Notes under the pieces: model-generated | The model's input: only the letters and a program-made list of their open reading frames with translations | Told to the model about the DNA's origin: nothing | The model's database searches: none | Origin: Patescibacteria group bacterium | GTDB lineage: Bacteria > Patescibacteriota > Patescibacteriia > GWA2-46-9 | Assembly: GCA_041660005.1 (NCBI GenBank) | Contig: JBAZXG010000002.1 | Location: forward strand, 24,356-88,355 | Reading direction: 5' to 3' | Length of the DNA stretch: 64,000 bases | Part shown: positions 9,716 to 20,619 of the stretch, piece after piece | Layout of the letters: each line of letters begins with the position of its first letter | How positions within the stretch are numbered: position 1 is the first letter of the stretch | Translations under genes and position numbers: made by a program

Positions 9716-10288
9716 CTATGGCTGTACGGGTAATGACTTCGGTGCAGTGTTCTCTATTACTTTCTGTTTCAATACATCGAGTTCTTCTGGTGTCAGTGGC
9801 TCCGCGCTTGCAGTATTGTTCGGCGCTACCTCAGGCGAAGCTGACGGCACGGGTATATCCTTGATCTGGCTCACCGTACTTTTGAATAACGATGAAAGAT
9901 CATTCGTGGCCTTCATAAGTTCTTGTGGTGGTTGGACACTCGGCACAACCAAGGAGTAGCGAAGCGACCATGCCCACCCAAACACAATCAAAAACATCAT
10001 ACCAGAAACTGCTGCCCACAGCGCCAACTTCCGATTCTCCTGCTTTGTGGTATTCACTGAAAAAGAACCAGTACTATACGTAGGCAATGATTCTGACGGT
10101 AGCGTCCCAACGACCGCAGTTTCAGAGTCAACTACTGTAACAATGTTTTCATCTACTGCCGCGTCTTTTTCAATGACCGCTTTTTTAGCTCGCGCCGGAC
10201 GCACCAAATCAACCGCAGTTTTTCGCGGGCGAGTCGTTCGTTTTTTCGGCACCTTAGGCGTCGAGGATGACAAGCTTGGTTTCGTCAT
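9716..10288 (-). CDS. hypothetical single-pass membrane protein with Lys-rich N-terminus and low-complexity C-terminus
   Basis: 190 aa, one TM helix ([20 protein letters not shown]). Confidence 0.4.
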   Translation of the reverse strand: MTKPSLSSSTPKVPKKRTTRPRKTAVDLVRPARAKKAVIEKDAAVDENIVTVVDSETAVVGTLPSESLPTYSTGSFSVNTTKQENRKLALWAAVSGMMFLIVFGWAWSLRYSLVVPSVQPPQELMKATNDLSSLFKSTVSQIKDIPVPSASPEVAPNNTASAEPLTPEELDVLKQKVIENTAPKSLPVQP

Positions 10289-10856
10289 TGGGAAGATCTT
10301 TCTTGGTCACGACAAATTTTTTGAGATGCTCCACGGTTGCCTGACCAAGTTCTTTCGCAAAGGTACCAACCGGTTCCAGTTTTGGGGCAGACTCTTCTTT
10401 GAAATGCATAGGAATAATAATGCGCGGCTCGATTTTGTTCACAACCGCCGCTGCTTCGCTTGAGCTAAGTACTTCACCGCCACCAACCGGCACAAACAGA
10501 ATATCTACCCCCTCCAAAAGCTCTGCCGCTGTTTCATCAAGCTCTTTTTGATTACCAAGATGTCCGATATGCACACCATCGACGACCATTCGAAAGACGG
10601 TTTCTCTATTCGCTCCTGATGCTTGCCCTTCAACTAAAACCTCTTTTACTTCGTACTCCCCCGGCGTTTCAATAATGAATGCATTATCCTTTAAAAAATC
10701 TCTTTCTTTCTCGGGGTAGGAACGTAACAGCAGCAAAAGGTCGGCCGCCACTTTGGGCATACGATTGCCTTTTGAACCTTCAAAAGGATCGACGACAACG
10801 GTCGCCGATTTCCCCTCAATTTTAAAACAATTCTGGCCGAGCCAGGTGATAGTCAT
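10254..10856 (-). CDS. MBL-fold metal-dependent hydrolase (UPF0173 family)
   Basis: 200 aa, motif pattern of UPF0173 beta-lactamase-fold hydrolases (HIGHLG, VPVGGG). Confidence 0.7.
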   Translation of the reverse strand: MTITWLGQNCFKIEGKSATVVVDPFEGSKGNRMPKVAADLLLLLRSYPEKERDFLKDNAFIIETPGEYEVKEVLVEGQASGANRETVFRMVVDGVHIGHLGNQKELDETAAELLEGVDILFVPVGGGEVLSSSEAAAVVNKIEPRIIIPMHFKEESAPKLEPVGTFAKELGQATVEHLKKFVVTKKDLPNDETKLVILDA

Positions 10857-11144
10857 AGATAAATGGTATTAACCCCAGGGCAAAGCCCTTGACTCCTCAA
10901 TCCGCCAGTTGGCGGATTGATAGAGGTAGCGCGGCAAGGCCGCGGGGTATTAAACCCTTTGATGCCTGCGTCGCTCGAAAATGCACATTGCTACGTGCAC
11001 TTTACTCGCTATCCTCAGCAATAAAATCTGATGTCTTTAACTCGCTTATTTTAGCACAAAATTGCGGTCTGTGAAAGTCGTAAAATTTGGATTTATTTGG
11101 GGGAGGTGCCGGCGCGGGAAACGTCGACACCACCCCCAAAGGTC

Positions 11145-11516
11145 TTACTCGATGCTCTCGCTCTGGGCGAGCTCCTCGAGCGCGGCTCGACGAATCGGGT
11201 CTTCGCCCATTTGATGGAGCGCCGCGAGGAACTCCTCAAAAGTGGGCTTCAGCCACGAGACGAGAACTTTGAGACTGGTCCGCTTCTCGTTGGTCTTGGC
11301 GATCCAACCGCCGGTCCTTACAAACTCGCGCTCGATCCTGGATCGAGCCTCATCTTCGGTCATCTGCCCGAGGCATCGGGTGAGTAGGCCTTCTGCGGTG
11401 ACGGCATGAAGGCAATAACCTCCTCCACAACCCCGACGCTTCTGGTAAATGAACCGAACACTGCCGATGTTGACCGGCGTTACAGCCACTGCGGCTGCTT
11501 CTGCATTTCTTACCAT
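11145..11516 (-). CDS. hypothetical protein, GC-rich (possible horizontally acquired)
   Basis: 123 aa ORF, codon-consistent, GC much higher than neighbours, flanked by GC-rich hairpins. Confidence 0.35.
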   Translation of the reverse strand: MVRNAEAAAVAVTPVNIGSVRFIYQKRRGCGGGYCLHAVTAEGLLTRCLGQMTEDEARSRIEREFVRTGGWIAKTNEKRTSLKVLVSWLKPTFEEFLAALHQMGEDPIRRAALEELAQSESIE

Positions 11517-11742
11517 TCAGAGACTCCTCTTCCTCTTTATCCTCTTATCCGAACTGACTTGGGATGCTTGCTTGTGCGGCAAGCTGCGACCCTCCTTCCC
11601 AATTAGAATGCACAGACTCTACAATAAAACACATAAAAAAGCAAGCCTGCCGAGACGTCGGGACTTTCTTTCGTGGTGAACGAAGTCAATTACCCCGCCC
11701 CAAAGGGGACGGGGTATGCGCCTGAATGCTATCACTCCCTTT

Positions 11743-12444
11743 TTACAAATTTCGTTCAATCAAACGAACTAACTCTGGATTTCGAGCGACAAACTTCTGC
11801 ACGAGCATATGAAAAAAACCTCGCGTTGCGGCTTCCTTTCTTAAATACAGTAACCCAAATAATGCCGTTAGCATGGCACCAAGAAAATCATTGATGATGT
11901 CCCACATGGTGTCTCGTAAACTACCATGTTGCATCATCGAACCAATCACACTATCGGTAGAGAATTCAAATATTTCCCAAAGCGCACCAATAGCCAACCC
12001 GAAAGTGCAGGAAAAAATTGCGATGAGGTACGGTTTTGCTATCAGCCGGCCAGAAACCCATAAGGTATAAAGAATAATAAAGCCGGCGAAACCGAAGAAG
12101 ACACCAGACAGCGAGTGCAGTAGCACATCCCACCACCAAAACCGCGCGTAAAAATTTGCCCCGTCGCCAAGAAAAGTAGCGGCGTATACAAAACCAATAA
12201 GCCCTAATTCAAATTCAATAGGTAAGTGGATGCGAACATTTCGGCTGATAAATGCCGGCAGCAAGGTAAGGAAATAGGCCAGCGAAGAAATGAAAAGAAT
12301 GTGCCAGTACCCTCGCCACAATGTATAGCCAATGGCGATTACTAGGGAGGTTTGCAAGATGAGCGACAGAATATATTGAATGCGCTCGGCGACGGTCAAT
12401 TGGTTATGGTATTGCATAGGAAGATACATTATACATTCCAACAA
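11743..12444 (-). CDS. polytopic membrane protein (YjdF/DUF2238-like)
   Basis: 233 aa with about 6 TM helices, FWWWD motif. Confidence 0.45.
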   Translation of the reverse strand: MLECIMYLPMQYHNQLTVAERIQYILSLILQTSLVIAIGYTLWRGYWHILFISSLAYFLTLLPAFISRNVRIHLPIEFELGLIGFVYAATFLGDGANFYARFWWWDVLLHSLSGVFFGFAGFIILYTLWVSGRLIAKPYLIAIFSCTFGLAIGALWEIFEFSTDSVIGSMMQHGSLRDTMWDIINDFLGAMLTALFGLLYLRKEAATRGFFHMLVQKFVARNPELVRLIERNL

Positions 12445-12798
12445 CCTTAAAATGAAAGCGTAGCAAGGCGCGGCTAGTTACCACAACACCCAAGGAACCT
12501 GCGAGTGAAAAAATTATGAGTACGTCGGCCGTAGAATCCCGACGCCATCATTGTTAATACGTCAATGAATCGGGATCCCGACTTCTCGTCGGGACTTCTG
12601 GGTAGCTTTCCTGTTTCTACTATTTGCAATATGCTATTTGCTATTCCTGTTTTCCTTAACGTCTTGCTCGCGAGTGAAAAAATTATGAGTACGTCGGCCG
12701 TAGAACTTTGTTCGCTGACGCACGGAATAATTTTTGAACGACCTCATGCTGAGGGAAAGGAATATTAAGGAAAACCGGGCGGTTTTCCTTAAAGTCTT

Positions 12799-12814
12799 GC
12801 CGGAGGAGGGACTC
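12799..12814 (-). repeat. direct copy of 16 nt of the tRNA-Leu 3' end (lacks CCA), start of family-1 element (12799..12940)
   Basis: gccggaggagggactc identical to 12975..12990 in tRNA-Leu. Confidence 0.75.
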
Positions 12815-12941
12815 CGCTTCGCTAGAACCCTCGTCGCTACGCTCCTCTCTGACACCTTGCGGTTTCAGTACTTCCACTGCGGGAAACCTCCCGGTTTCCC
12901 GACCCCATCCCCGGGTTCGAGTCCTGCTCCAAATACCAAAA

Positions 12942-12970
12942 AGTCCCCGACGAAATCGTCAGGGACTTTT
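12942..12970. terminator. hairpin AGTCCC..GGGACT plus T-run between family-1 element and tRNA-Leu
   Basis: aagtccccgacgaaatcgtcagggactttttg. Confidence 0.55.
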
Positions 12971-13057
12971 TGGTGCCGGAGGAGGGACTCGAACCCTCAA
13001 GCCCTTGCGGGCACAGGGTCCTAAACCCTGCGTGTATACCAGTTCCACCACCCCGGC
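12971..13057 (-). tRNA. tRNA-Leu (anticodon TAG), class II with long variable arm
   Basis: manual fold: GCCGGGG acceptor, anticodon loop TT-TAG-GA, variable arm GCCCGCAAGGGC, TTCGAGT T-loop, CCA encoded. Confidence 0.85.
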
Positions 13058-13154
13058 TCACGAAGCATCAGTATATCCTGACGCTCAAAAGACGACAATT
13101 ATTTTTCGTTATTAAAAAAGTGTATACTGAAAAGATTAATTTTTTAACAAAACT

Positions 13155-16046
13155 ATGGGCAGAGCAACGCTTTTTGTTCCGATCACCGTTCTTTTTGTTT
13201 CGCTTTTCGTTTCAGGACCAACCAGAGCAGCAGCCGTTGACCACATTGTTATTTCAAAAATACAAACCGCAGGGGTGAGCACCAAAGATGAATTTATCGA
13301 TCTCTACAACCCTACTGACGCTCCTGTTTCGCTTATTGGCTGGCGACTTAGCAAACAAACAGCAAGCGGCACCTCTTCAAACCTCCTCACCACCTTTCCC
13401 GACATAACACTGGCATCGCACGCAACTCTGCGAATTGCGCACCCAGACTACGCAGGGAGTACTCCTGCTGACGCAACTTATACAACACAAAACTCCATTG
13501 CGGCAGACAACACCGTTACGCTCTATGGCGACGCTGGCATCACCATTATTGACCGCGTCGGTTTTGGCAGCGCTACCATATATGAAGGCGCTGCAACCGT
13601 AAACCCTACGGACGGAGCACAAATTGAACGCCACTTTGTAAACGGAGCAATAGTTGACACTGACAATAATGCAGCGGACTTTGAACTTTCTACCACCGCA
13701 CCACCCGAAACTCAACCAACCCCCGAACCAGCGCCGACTTTGAACGGGAGTCCAGCAAACACCTCCGGTGGGAGCGGCATGCCAATAGTTGACGTAGGAA
13801 CGGTGCGCATCAATGAATTTGTGTCTGACCCGGCAGACAATGATGTTGAATGGATCGAGCTCTACAACACTAGGACCACTGATGTACCCATTGATGGTTG
13901 GACCATAGAAGACGGCTCAGGACAGGCAACGAAACTGTCTGGAATAATTTCGGCGAACGGATTTTTTATCGTAAGCCAACCCAAAGGTCAACTCAATAAT
14001 AGTGGTGACGCCATCACCCTCAAAGCCACATCCGGGAACATTGTTGACGCTATTGCTTACGGGGACTGGAAAAATAATAAAGACAACGCACCGAGCGCCA
14101 ACGACCCGAATGCAGTGGCGCGATCAAAAGATGGCCTCTCAACTGGCAACGATGCAGTAGATTTTGCTCTTACCACAACTCCAACGAAAGGGGTCAGTAA
14201 TACCATTGGATCACCATCAGCAACAACACCAACGGAGACAACAGCAACGGGTTTGATATTAAACGAACTATTCCCGAATCCACTTGGTAGTGATGAGGGA
14301 GAATTCGTTGAGCTCCTGAACACCGCGACAAAACCCATTGACGTTGCGGGCTGGGAACTGGCAACCGCAGACGGACAGCACTATTGGATAGAGCAAGCTG
14401 ATTTTGCCGCTACACTACTCCAACCAAACACGTATTTTATTATCCCAAAAACAATATCGGGGCTCACTATGAAAAACCAGGGCGGAGACATGGTGCGCCT
14501 CATTGCTCCCGGCAAAACCCGGGCAAGCGACACCGCACCGTATAGTGAAGATGCGCTTGAAAATGAAAGTTATAGTTTGACGTCAAATGGCTGGCTCTGG
14601 AGTAAAAATCCAACTCCTGGGGCAAGTAACAGTGTTGTTCAAAAAGACAAACCGCCAGTACCTATCCTGTATGTACCAAGAGAAGCGGCACTTTTTGAAG
14701 CGGTGGTGCTGAGCGCTGAAGACAGTTTTGATCCAGAACGTGAACCACTGACGTACGCTTGGTCTCTAGGAGACGGCTCGAATGCCACGGGCGAAATCGT
14801 CGTGTACACCTTTCCGCACGCTGGCGTTTTTCCAATTACGCTTACCGTGAGCGATGACCATGATAACCAACAAAAAATAGAACGAAATATTGCCATCGGC
14901 ACTATAACCACTTCCACTGGACGAGTCGCTGGCGCGCATGCAAGCACTACTGCGGTTAAAATAAACGAACTTTTGCCAAACCCCAATACAAATGAAGACG
15001 AATGGATAGAGCTCTACAACGACAGCATGGTCGATGTTTCTCTCGCTGGATGGAGTATAGAAGACGCGAGCAGTAAGCGCTTCACTTTTTCAAGTAATGC
15101 TACAATGCCTGCTTTTTCCTATTTAGTCATTCCTAAAACCCAAACACACATTGCTTTAAACAACGATAAAGATACGCTAACGCTTTCAACTCCTGAAGGC
15201 GACGAAGCTGATACAGTCAGCTACGCTAAAAGTTTCAGTGGCTCCTCTTTGGCGCGCAACACAGACAGTGGCTGGCAGTGGACAAGCGATCCAACGCCAG
15301 GCAGTGAAAACACCATAGAAGCAACCGCAAACATACTGACCGCCGGCAACCTGACGGTTGCAGGAACCGTACTTGCAGAACCAGGAACGATTGGCGCGCA
15401 CACGCTGTACCTCGCGCGCATTGGCGCAAGCAGCGGCATAGAGCAACTGCGCGTAGATCTTGACCCCAGCATTGAAACATCCTTTGAACGGGGGGACGAA
15501 TTTCAAATGAGCGGGACACTGCGTACCGTCGCCAGTGAACCACGATTACAAGTTACCGACGAAGCCGCAATTTCCTTGATTGGTCACGACGAAACGTCCA
15601 TAGTACCCATATCCTACACAGCTGATGCCACAAAACTCGGCGTCCTCATGAGTGCGAGTGGAACCGTCGGCAAAGGAAACAGTAATGGCTTCATCTTAGA
15701 GCTGCCCCAAGACGAAACGGTACGCATCATTATGCCAATCGGCGTAACACCAAAGCGTCCGTATGCTATCGGCAGTTCTCTCACGGTAAATGGCATACTC
15801 AGCACAACAAGCGCAGGCTTCCGGCTTCTGGTACGCGACGCCAATGATCTCATCCCTGAAACACCGGCACCAGCAGCGACACTAACCTCAAGCGTTCCAA
15901 CGACCACAGCGAAACCGTGGTCAGAAAATTATCTCATGGTAAGTGCACTGGGATGCTTGTTCATTGCGGGTGCTCTTGCCTACCGTTGGTGGCGCAGCTC
16001 TCCCGCATTGCCATTCGACATCATCGACGAAGAAGAAACAGTCTAA
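13155..16046 (+). CDS. large surface protein with four lamin-tail domains (LTD), a PKD domain and a C-terminal TM anchor
   Basis: 963 aa; signal peptide; four repeats of INEF/LNEL..P.P....DEWIELYN...V...GW LTD signature; PKD-like DPEREPLTYAWSLGDGS; C-terminal hydrophobic anchor + RWWRSS. Confidence 0.8.
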   Translation: MGRATLFVPITVLFVSLFVSGPTRAAAVDHIVISKIQTAGVSTKDEFIDLYNPTDAPVSLIGWRLSKQTASGTSSNLLTTFPDITLASHATLRIAHPDYAGSTPADATYTTQNSIAADNTVTLYGDAGITIIDRVGFGSATIYEGAATVNPTDGAQIERHFVNGAIVDTDNNAADFELSTTAPPETQPTPEPAPTLNGSPANTSGGSGMPIVDVGTVRINEFVSDPADNDVEWIELYNTRTTDVPIDGWTIEDGSGQATKLSGIISANGFFIVSQPKGQLNNSGDAITLKATSGNIVDAIAYGDWKNNKDNAPSANDPNAVARSKDGLSTGNDAVDFALTTTPTKGVSNTIGSPSATTPTETTATGLILNELFPNPLGSDEGEFVELLNTATKPIDVAGWELATADGQHYWIEQADFAATLLQPNTYFIIPKTISGLTMKNQGGDMVRLIAPGKTRASDTAPYSEDALENESYSLTSNGWLWSKNPTPGASNSVVQKDKPPVPILYVPREAALFEAVVLSAEDSFDPEREPLTYAWSLGDGSNATGEIVVYTFPHAGVFPITLTVSDDHDNQQKIERNIAIGTITTSTGRVAGAHASTTAVKINELLPNPNTNEDEWIELYNDSMVDVSLAGWSIEDASSKRFTFSSNATMPAFSYLVIPKTQTHIALNNDKDTLTLSTPEGDEADTVSYAKSFSGSSLARNTDSGWQWTSDPTPGSENTIEATANILTAGNLTVAGTVLAEPGTIGAHTLYLARIGASSGIEQLRVDLDPSIETSFERGDEFQMSGTLRTVASEPRLQVTDEAAISLIGHDETSIVPISYTADATKLGVLMSASGTVGKGNSNGFILELPQDETVRIIMPIGVTPKRPYAIGSSLTVNGILSTTSAGFRLLVRDANDLIPETPAPAATLTSSVPTTTAKPWSENYLMVSALGCLFIAGALAYRWWRSSPALPFDIIDEEETV

Positions 16047-16085
16047 CCTAGCTTCACGTAGGCAAAATTTGGTACACTACAAAGT

Positions 16086-16946
16086 ATGCAACGGATCACA
16101 AAAGCAGTTATACCGGCGGCTGGGTTTGGCACCCGGTTCCTCCCGGCCACAAAAGCCCAACCGAAAGAAATGCTGACGCTCGTGGATAAACCGGTCATCC
16201 AATACGTTGTGGAAGAAGCGGTTGCTTCAGGCATTAAAGACATTATTATCATTACCGGACAGAGTAAGCGTGCCATAGAAGACCACTTCGACCGTAACCT
16301 AGAGCTTGAATCACGTCTGCGCCGGGAAGGTAAGCGCCGCGCTTTGAAAGAAATTCAGCGCCTGGCTCACCTTGCCAACTTTATCTATATTCGTCAGCCC
16401 GAACCTTTGGGTGACGGACACGCAGTACTCGAGGCCTACAGTCTTTTGAAAAACGAACCGTTCGCCATGCTCTATGGCGACGAAATCATTCAGAGTGATT
16501 CTCCGTGCCTCGCAGAAGTGATTAAAGTGTATGAAGAATTTTTGGCGCCTGTGATTACGGTCACCAAAGTGCCGCGTGATCACGTAACGCGCTTTGGTAT
16601 CATTGGTGGTGAGCAAATTCGCCCAAACCTGCATCGCGTAACGAAATTTATCGAAAAACCATCGCTTGCTAACGCACCGTCCCGTTTGGCTAATATCGGC
16701 AGAGCCATTATCACGCCTGGCCTTTTGAAAGTTCTGCGCGGCATTAAAGTTAAGCCAGGAAAAGAGCTGCGCGTGGCGGACGCCTTTGAACCCTATCGTA
16801 AAAAACATCCGCTCTATGCCTACACGCACAGCGGTACGCGACTTGATTGCGGTGACCAAATTGGATTTTTAAAAGCGACGGTCGAAATGGGGCTCATGCA
16901 CGCCGAACTGAAAGCACCGTTTCGCCAATATCTTAAAAAAGTATGA
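16086..16946 (+). CDS. galU: UTP--glucose-1-phosphate uridylyltransferase
   Basis: AVIPAAGFGTRFLPATKAQPKEML N-terminal signature, 286 aa. Confidence 0.85.
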   Translation: MQRITKAVIPAAGFGTRFLPATKAQPKEMLTLVDKPVIQYVVEEAVASGIKDIIIITGQSKRAIEDHFDRNLELESRLRREGKRRALKEIQRLAHLANFIYIRQPEPLGDGHAVLEAYSLLKNEPFAMLYGDEIIQSDSPCLAEVIKVYEEFLAPVITVTKVPRDHVTRFGIIGGEQIRPNLHRVTKFIEKPSLANAPSRLANIGRAIITPGLLKVLRGIKVKPGKELRVADAFEPYRKKHPLYAYTHSGTRLDCGDQIGFLKATVEMGLMHAELKAPFRQYLKKV

Positions 16947-18310
16947 TGAAAAGGTTACGCACTCTACTTCCCTTACTGCTTCTGTTGTTGGCGCTCCCTG
17001 CCGTTGGGCTCGGGTGTCAACAACGCACTGCTCCAAAACCAGTGACGTTACAATACTGGCGTGTCTTCGATTCAGAAGACACCATGAAAGACATTATTGC
17101 CGCTTACCATAAATTACACCCCTACGTTAGCATAGAATACAAAAAGCTTCGGTTTGAGGAGTACGAACAGCTGATGCTAGAAGCGCTGGCAGAAGACCGA
17201 GGGCCTGATCTGTTTTCAATCCACAACACCTGGATTGGAAAGTATCAATCAAAAATTGCCCCACTACCAGCAACCACAACCGTTGCCGAAGCAACCACAA
17301 CTGGTGACAACCCCGTCTACGCCACTAAGACAACTGCCACTGCCACGGTATCGAATATCCGCCAGGCATTCATTGATGCGGTTGGTAAAGACGTCATCCG
17401 AAAAGATACTGACAAGAAAGAAAAAATCTACGGTCTTCCTCTGGGCGTTGATACACTGGCACTTTTCTATAACCGCGACATCTTAAATAGCGCCGGTATT
17501 GCAACCCCTCCCGAGGACTGGACGCAATTCCTGGCAGCCGTTTCCCGCATTACAAAACTTAGCGAAGCGGGCCAAATTGTGGTGGCAGGAGCATCGCTCG
17601 GAACTGCCAGCAACGTTCCACGTTTTTCCGATATTCTCTCCCTCCTTATGATGCAAAACGGGGCAAACATGACTGATGATAACGGCTACGCCACGTTTCA
17701 ACTCGTTCCCTCGCAATTCCCTAATAAATCATTTGTACCCGGACTTGAGGCGTTACGCTTCTATACCGACTTTGCGAATCCAACAAAAGAAGCCTATACC
17801 TGGAACAAGGAAATGCCCGATGGTCTTGAGGCGTTCTTGAGTGGACGCACAGCGTTTTTTTTCGGCTACAGCTACCAAATCCCCACTATTCGCTCACGTG
17901 CACCACAGTTGAACTGGGACATTGCTCCTGTACCGCAAGCTGATGCAGTGAACAACCGGGTCAACTTTGCAAATTACTGGATAGAGACTGTTTCAAAGAA
18001 ATCAACGAAACAAGATATCGCTTGGGACTTTTTGCAATTCGCCGCGCGAGCAGAGCAGGACCGCTCGTACCTGGCGGCTTCCGGCAAACCACCCGCACTG
18101 CGCTCACTCATCGACGAACAAAAGGGTGACCCCATGCGCGAACCTTTTGCCTCTGAGCTCCTGACTTCCCGCAGCTGGTACCGTGGCGTTGATCCGGCAG
18201 CAGCTGAGTCAGCTCTTGGTGATCTCATTACCGCAGTTGTTGATGGCACCACCGACTTAAAAAATGCCGTAGGAAACGCCGTGGAACGTATTAACCAAAC
18301 CATTAAGTAG
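16943..18310 (+). CDS. ABC transporter extracellular solute-binding lipoprotein (family 1, sugar-type)
   Basis: 455 aa, lipobox LGC, SBP_bac_1-like composition; start overlaps galU stop. Confidence 0.7.
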   Translation: MMKRLRTLLPLLLLLLALPAVGLGCQQRTAPKPVTLQYWRVFDSEDTMKDIIAAYHKLHPYVSIEYKKLRFEEYEQLMLEALAEDRGPDLFSIHNTWIGKYQSKIAPLPATTTVAEATTTGDNPVYATKTTATATVSNIRQAFIDAVGKDVIRKDTDKKEKIYGLPLGVDTLALFYNRDILNSAGIATPPEDWTQFLAAVSRITKLSEAGQIVVAGASLGTASNVPRFSDILSLLMMQNGANMTDDNGYATFQLVPSQFPNKSFVPGLEALRFYTDFANPTKEAYTWNKEMPDGLEAFLSGRTAFFFGYSYQIPTIRSRAPQLNWDIAPVPQADAVNNRVNFANYWIETVSKKSTKQDIAWDFLQFAARAEQDRSYLAASGKPPALRSLIDEQKGDPMREPFASELLTSRSWYRGVDPAAAESALGDLITAVVDGTTDLKNAVGNAVERINQTIK

Positions 18311-18315
18311 CTAAT

Positions 18316-18750
18316 ATGCACAAAGTTCGCGGTCATTTTTTGTTCGGTACGGCAATACTCAGTATGCTCATGCTACCAATTTTAGTTAGCGCAGCTGGCC
18401 TTATTCCAGCCAACTGTACCGCGATCGGCGCATCAAACTGTGGCCTGCTTGATTTCCTTCAACTCGGCAACAATATCTATGAGTGGCTCTTTGGTATTCT
18501 CGGCAGCGTAACGCTCGTCATTTTTATGTATGGTGGGCTCGTTTGGCTCACTTCGGCAGGCAATGCGCAGCGCGTCGAGCAGGGAAAAAAAATCTTTGAA
18601 GGCGCGCTCATCGGCTTAGCTCTTATTTTTAGTTCCTGGCTCATTGTGAATTTTGTTGTCACCGCACTAACGGGAGGAGATTTGGAGAAACCAGCTACGA
18701 TCTTCAATCGTCCTGCGCTCGAAGCACCAGCAACACTCCCTACGCAATAG
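18316..18750 (+). CDS. VirB2/TrbC-like (T4SS-type) pilin paralog 1
   Basis: signal peptide, TM helix, loop motif YGGLVWLTSAGNAQRVEQGKK, second TM; family motif GG..WMTA.GNEE. Confidence 0.65.
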   Translation: MHKVRGHFLFGTAILSMLMLPILVSAAGLIPANCTAIGASNCGLLDFLQLGNNIYEWLFGILGSVTLVIFMYGGLVWLTSAGNAQRVEQGKKIFEGALIGLALIFSSWLIVNFVVTALTGGDLEKPATIFNRPALEAPATLPTQ

Positions 18751-18857
18751 GTTCTGCATTGACCTTTTTGTCATTCACCCTTATGCTAATAACAGCAGAA
18801 TTATATCGTAGCTGCCAACCCTTAGCTCCCACCGGGAGATCGAGAGGAGGTGATACC

Positions 18858-19250
18858 ATGAAGAAACAACTCATCAAACGACTCGCAGCAACAGGCGTCG
18901 CCATCGGCATGATGGCGCCTTTGGTTGCTTTTGCTCAGGGCAGTGACCTCAACAACTCCCTTGATCTTAATAACATCGGCAATGAACTCGGTCTCAGCCA
19001 AGAGACGAACGTTAAAATTGTCGTAGCAAGAATTATTCGCGTCCTCCTCGGCTTCCTCGGTATCGTCGCAGTATTAATCGTACTTTACGGCGGATTCCAA
19101 TGGATGACTGCAGCAGGTAACGAAGAACGCGTTTCATCCGCTCGCGCCACTTTAACGGCTGGCCTTATCGGTCTCGTTATTATTTTGAGCGCTTACGCTA
19201 TCGCTAGCTACATCATCACCACGATTCTCGACGTCACTTCGGCAAACTAA
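18858..19250 (+). CDS. VirB2/TrbC-like pilin paralog 2 (ORF track 18759..19250; start set at MKKQLIKRL after RBS GAGGAGG)
   Basis: YGGFQWMTAAGNEERVSSAR loop motif between two hydrophobic helices. Confidence 0.65.
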   Translation: MKKQLIKRLAATGVAIGMMAPLVAFAQGSDLNNSLDLNNIGNELGLSQETNVKIVVARIIRVLLGFLGIVAVLIVLYGGFQWMTAAGNEERVSSARATLTAGLIGLVIILSAYAIASYIITTILDVTSAN

Positions 19251-19329
19251 TAGTTCATTGAGTAACTAGAGAGTTAGCTACACCCCTCGCCTTTTTGGGC
19301 AGAGGGGTGTAGTATTATGTACATAAAAC

Positions 19330-19731
19330 ATGTCCTGGTCAGCACGCACAACTCTTCGAGCCCTGTCGCTTACCTTACTGTTGGCTACTGTTTTAGTCGC
19401 CGTACCGATCTTTGCCCAAACGTCAGATCCTTCGTACGGACTTAACAAAACAGCAACAGAAGCTAAACTGAACGTCAGTCAAAATTTAAATCAAGTCATC
19501 GGTGGCATCATTAAAACGACGCTCAGTATTGCGGCCATACTGTTTATGATTACCATCCTTGGTGCCGGTCAAATGTGGTTGGCCTCAGAAGGTAACGAAG
19601 AAAAAATAGAAAAGGCGCGTGGCATTATTTTTAACGCGGCAGTGGGTTTTATGATTACCTTTGGCGCCTACCTCGGCACTGATTTTATATTAAACGCAGT
19701 TTTCTCAGCAGTTGGCATTGGCAGTAAGTAA
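19330..19731 (+). CDS. VirB2/TrbC-like pilin paralog 3
   Basis: GAGQMWLASEGNEEKIEKAR motif. Confidence 0.65.
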   Translation: MSWSARTTLRALSLTLLLATVLVAVPIFAQTSDPSYGLNKTATEAKLNVSQNLNQVIGGIIKTTLSIAAILFMITILGAGQMWLASEGNEEKIEKARGIIFNAAVGFMITFGAYLGTDFILNAVFSAVGIGSK

Positions 19732-20162
19732 TGGAAAATATGAACAAAGGATTCTCTCTCGCATTTGTTACAGTAACTTCGCTCGTTTTTATTATTGCGG
19801 GCATTCAACCGTATGCGGTCAATGCAAGCGGTCCAAGTGGTCTTTCTAACCTCGTTAAAAATAGTTTCCAAGAAGCCGGCAACGCCGCAGGGCTCAAACC
19901 TAGTACTAACGACTTGTCAGTACTTGATCTCTTTGGTCTCTATGTGGCCGTAGCCCTTGGCTTCATTGGGGTTCTATTCCTTGTACAAGTAGTGCATGGC
20001 GGCATTCTATGGATGAGCGCCGGTGGCAATGAAGAACAGATTACGCACGCACGGAAAAAAATTCTAAACGCAGGCATAGGAGCAGCTATTGTTTTTGCCT
20101 GCTTCGTCTTTACCGTTTTCATTATGACGCAAATCGCAACCACGGTTGGGGTACAATTTTAA
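19731..20162 (+). CDS. VirB2/TrbC-like pilin paralog 4
   Basis: HGGILWMSAGGNEEQITHAR motif. Confidence 0.65.
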   Translation: MENMNKGFSLAFVTVTSLVFIIAGIQPYAVNASGPSGLSNLVKNSFQEAGNAAGLKPSTNDLSVLDLFGLYVAVALGFIGVLFLVQVVHGGILWMSAGGNEEQITHARKKILNAGIGAAIVFACFVFTVFIMTQIATTVGVQF

Positions 20163-20619
20163 TATGCAAAATTCTTCAAAATTCTTAACAGCGACCGCAC
20201 TCTGCTTGCTGCTCTTTGCCCCACTGGCAACCGCGCAGGCCACCACTGGTTTCCGTTCATCCTGTGACACGAATCAAATTCAAGGGTTTGGCGCAGGGTT
20301 AAGACGTGTGGCATGCGACGCTGGTCTCATATCTTCAGCTGAGGGTGGGGACTCAATCAACGAAGACACTATTATTCAAATTTTTGGGAGTGTTATAAGC
20401 TTGGTTTTTGGCTTTGTTGGAGTTGTCTTTGCGGTTTTGACCATCTATGGTGGCTACCTCTGGATGACGGCTCGCGGCAATGAAGAGCAGGTGCAGCAGT
20501 CGCAAAACTACATTCGTAACTCAGTCATTGGTATCATTATTGTGCTCGCTGCTTTCTCTATCACCCAGTTTATTATTGCGCGTCTTATTTCCGCGGTTTC
20601 CCAAACATCAGTATTATGA
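20146..20619 (+). CDS. VirB2/TrbC-like pilin paralog 5
   Basis: YGGYLWMTARGNEEQVQQSQ motif. Confidence 0.65.
   Translation: MGYNFNMQNSSKFLTATALCLLLFAPLATAQATTGFRSSCDTNQIQGFGAGLRRVACDAGLISSAEGGDSINEDTIIQIFGSVISLVFGFVGVVFAVLTIYGGYLWMTARGNEEQVQQSQNYIRNSVIGIIIVLAAFSITQFIIARLISAVSQTSVL

Noticed and set aside
13377-15907. Several minus-strand ORFs within the LTD surface protein gene
   Set aside because: Antisense artefacts within a long confident CDS.
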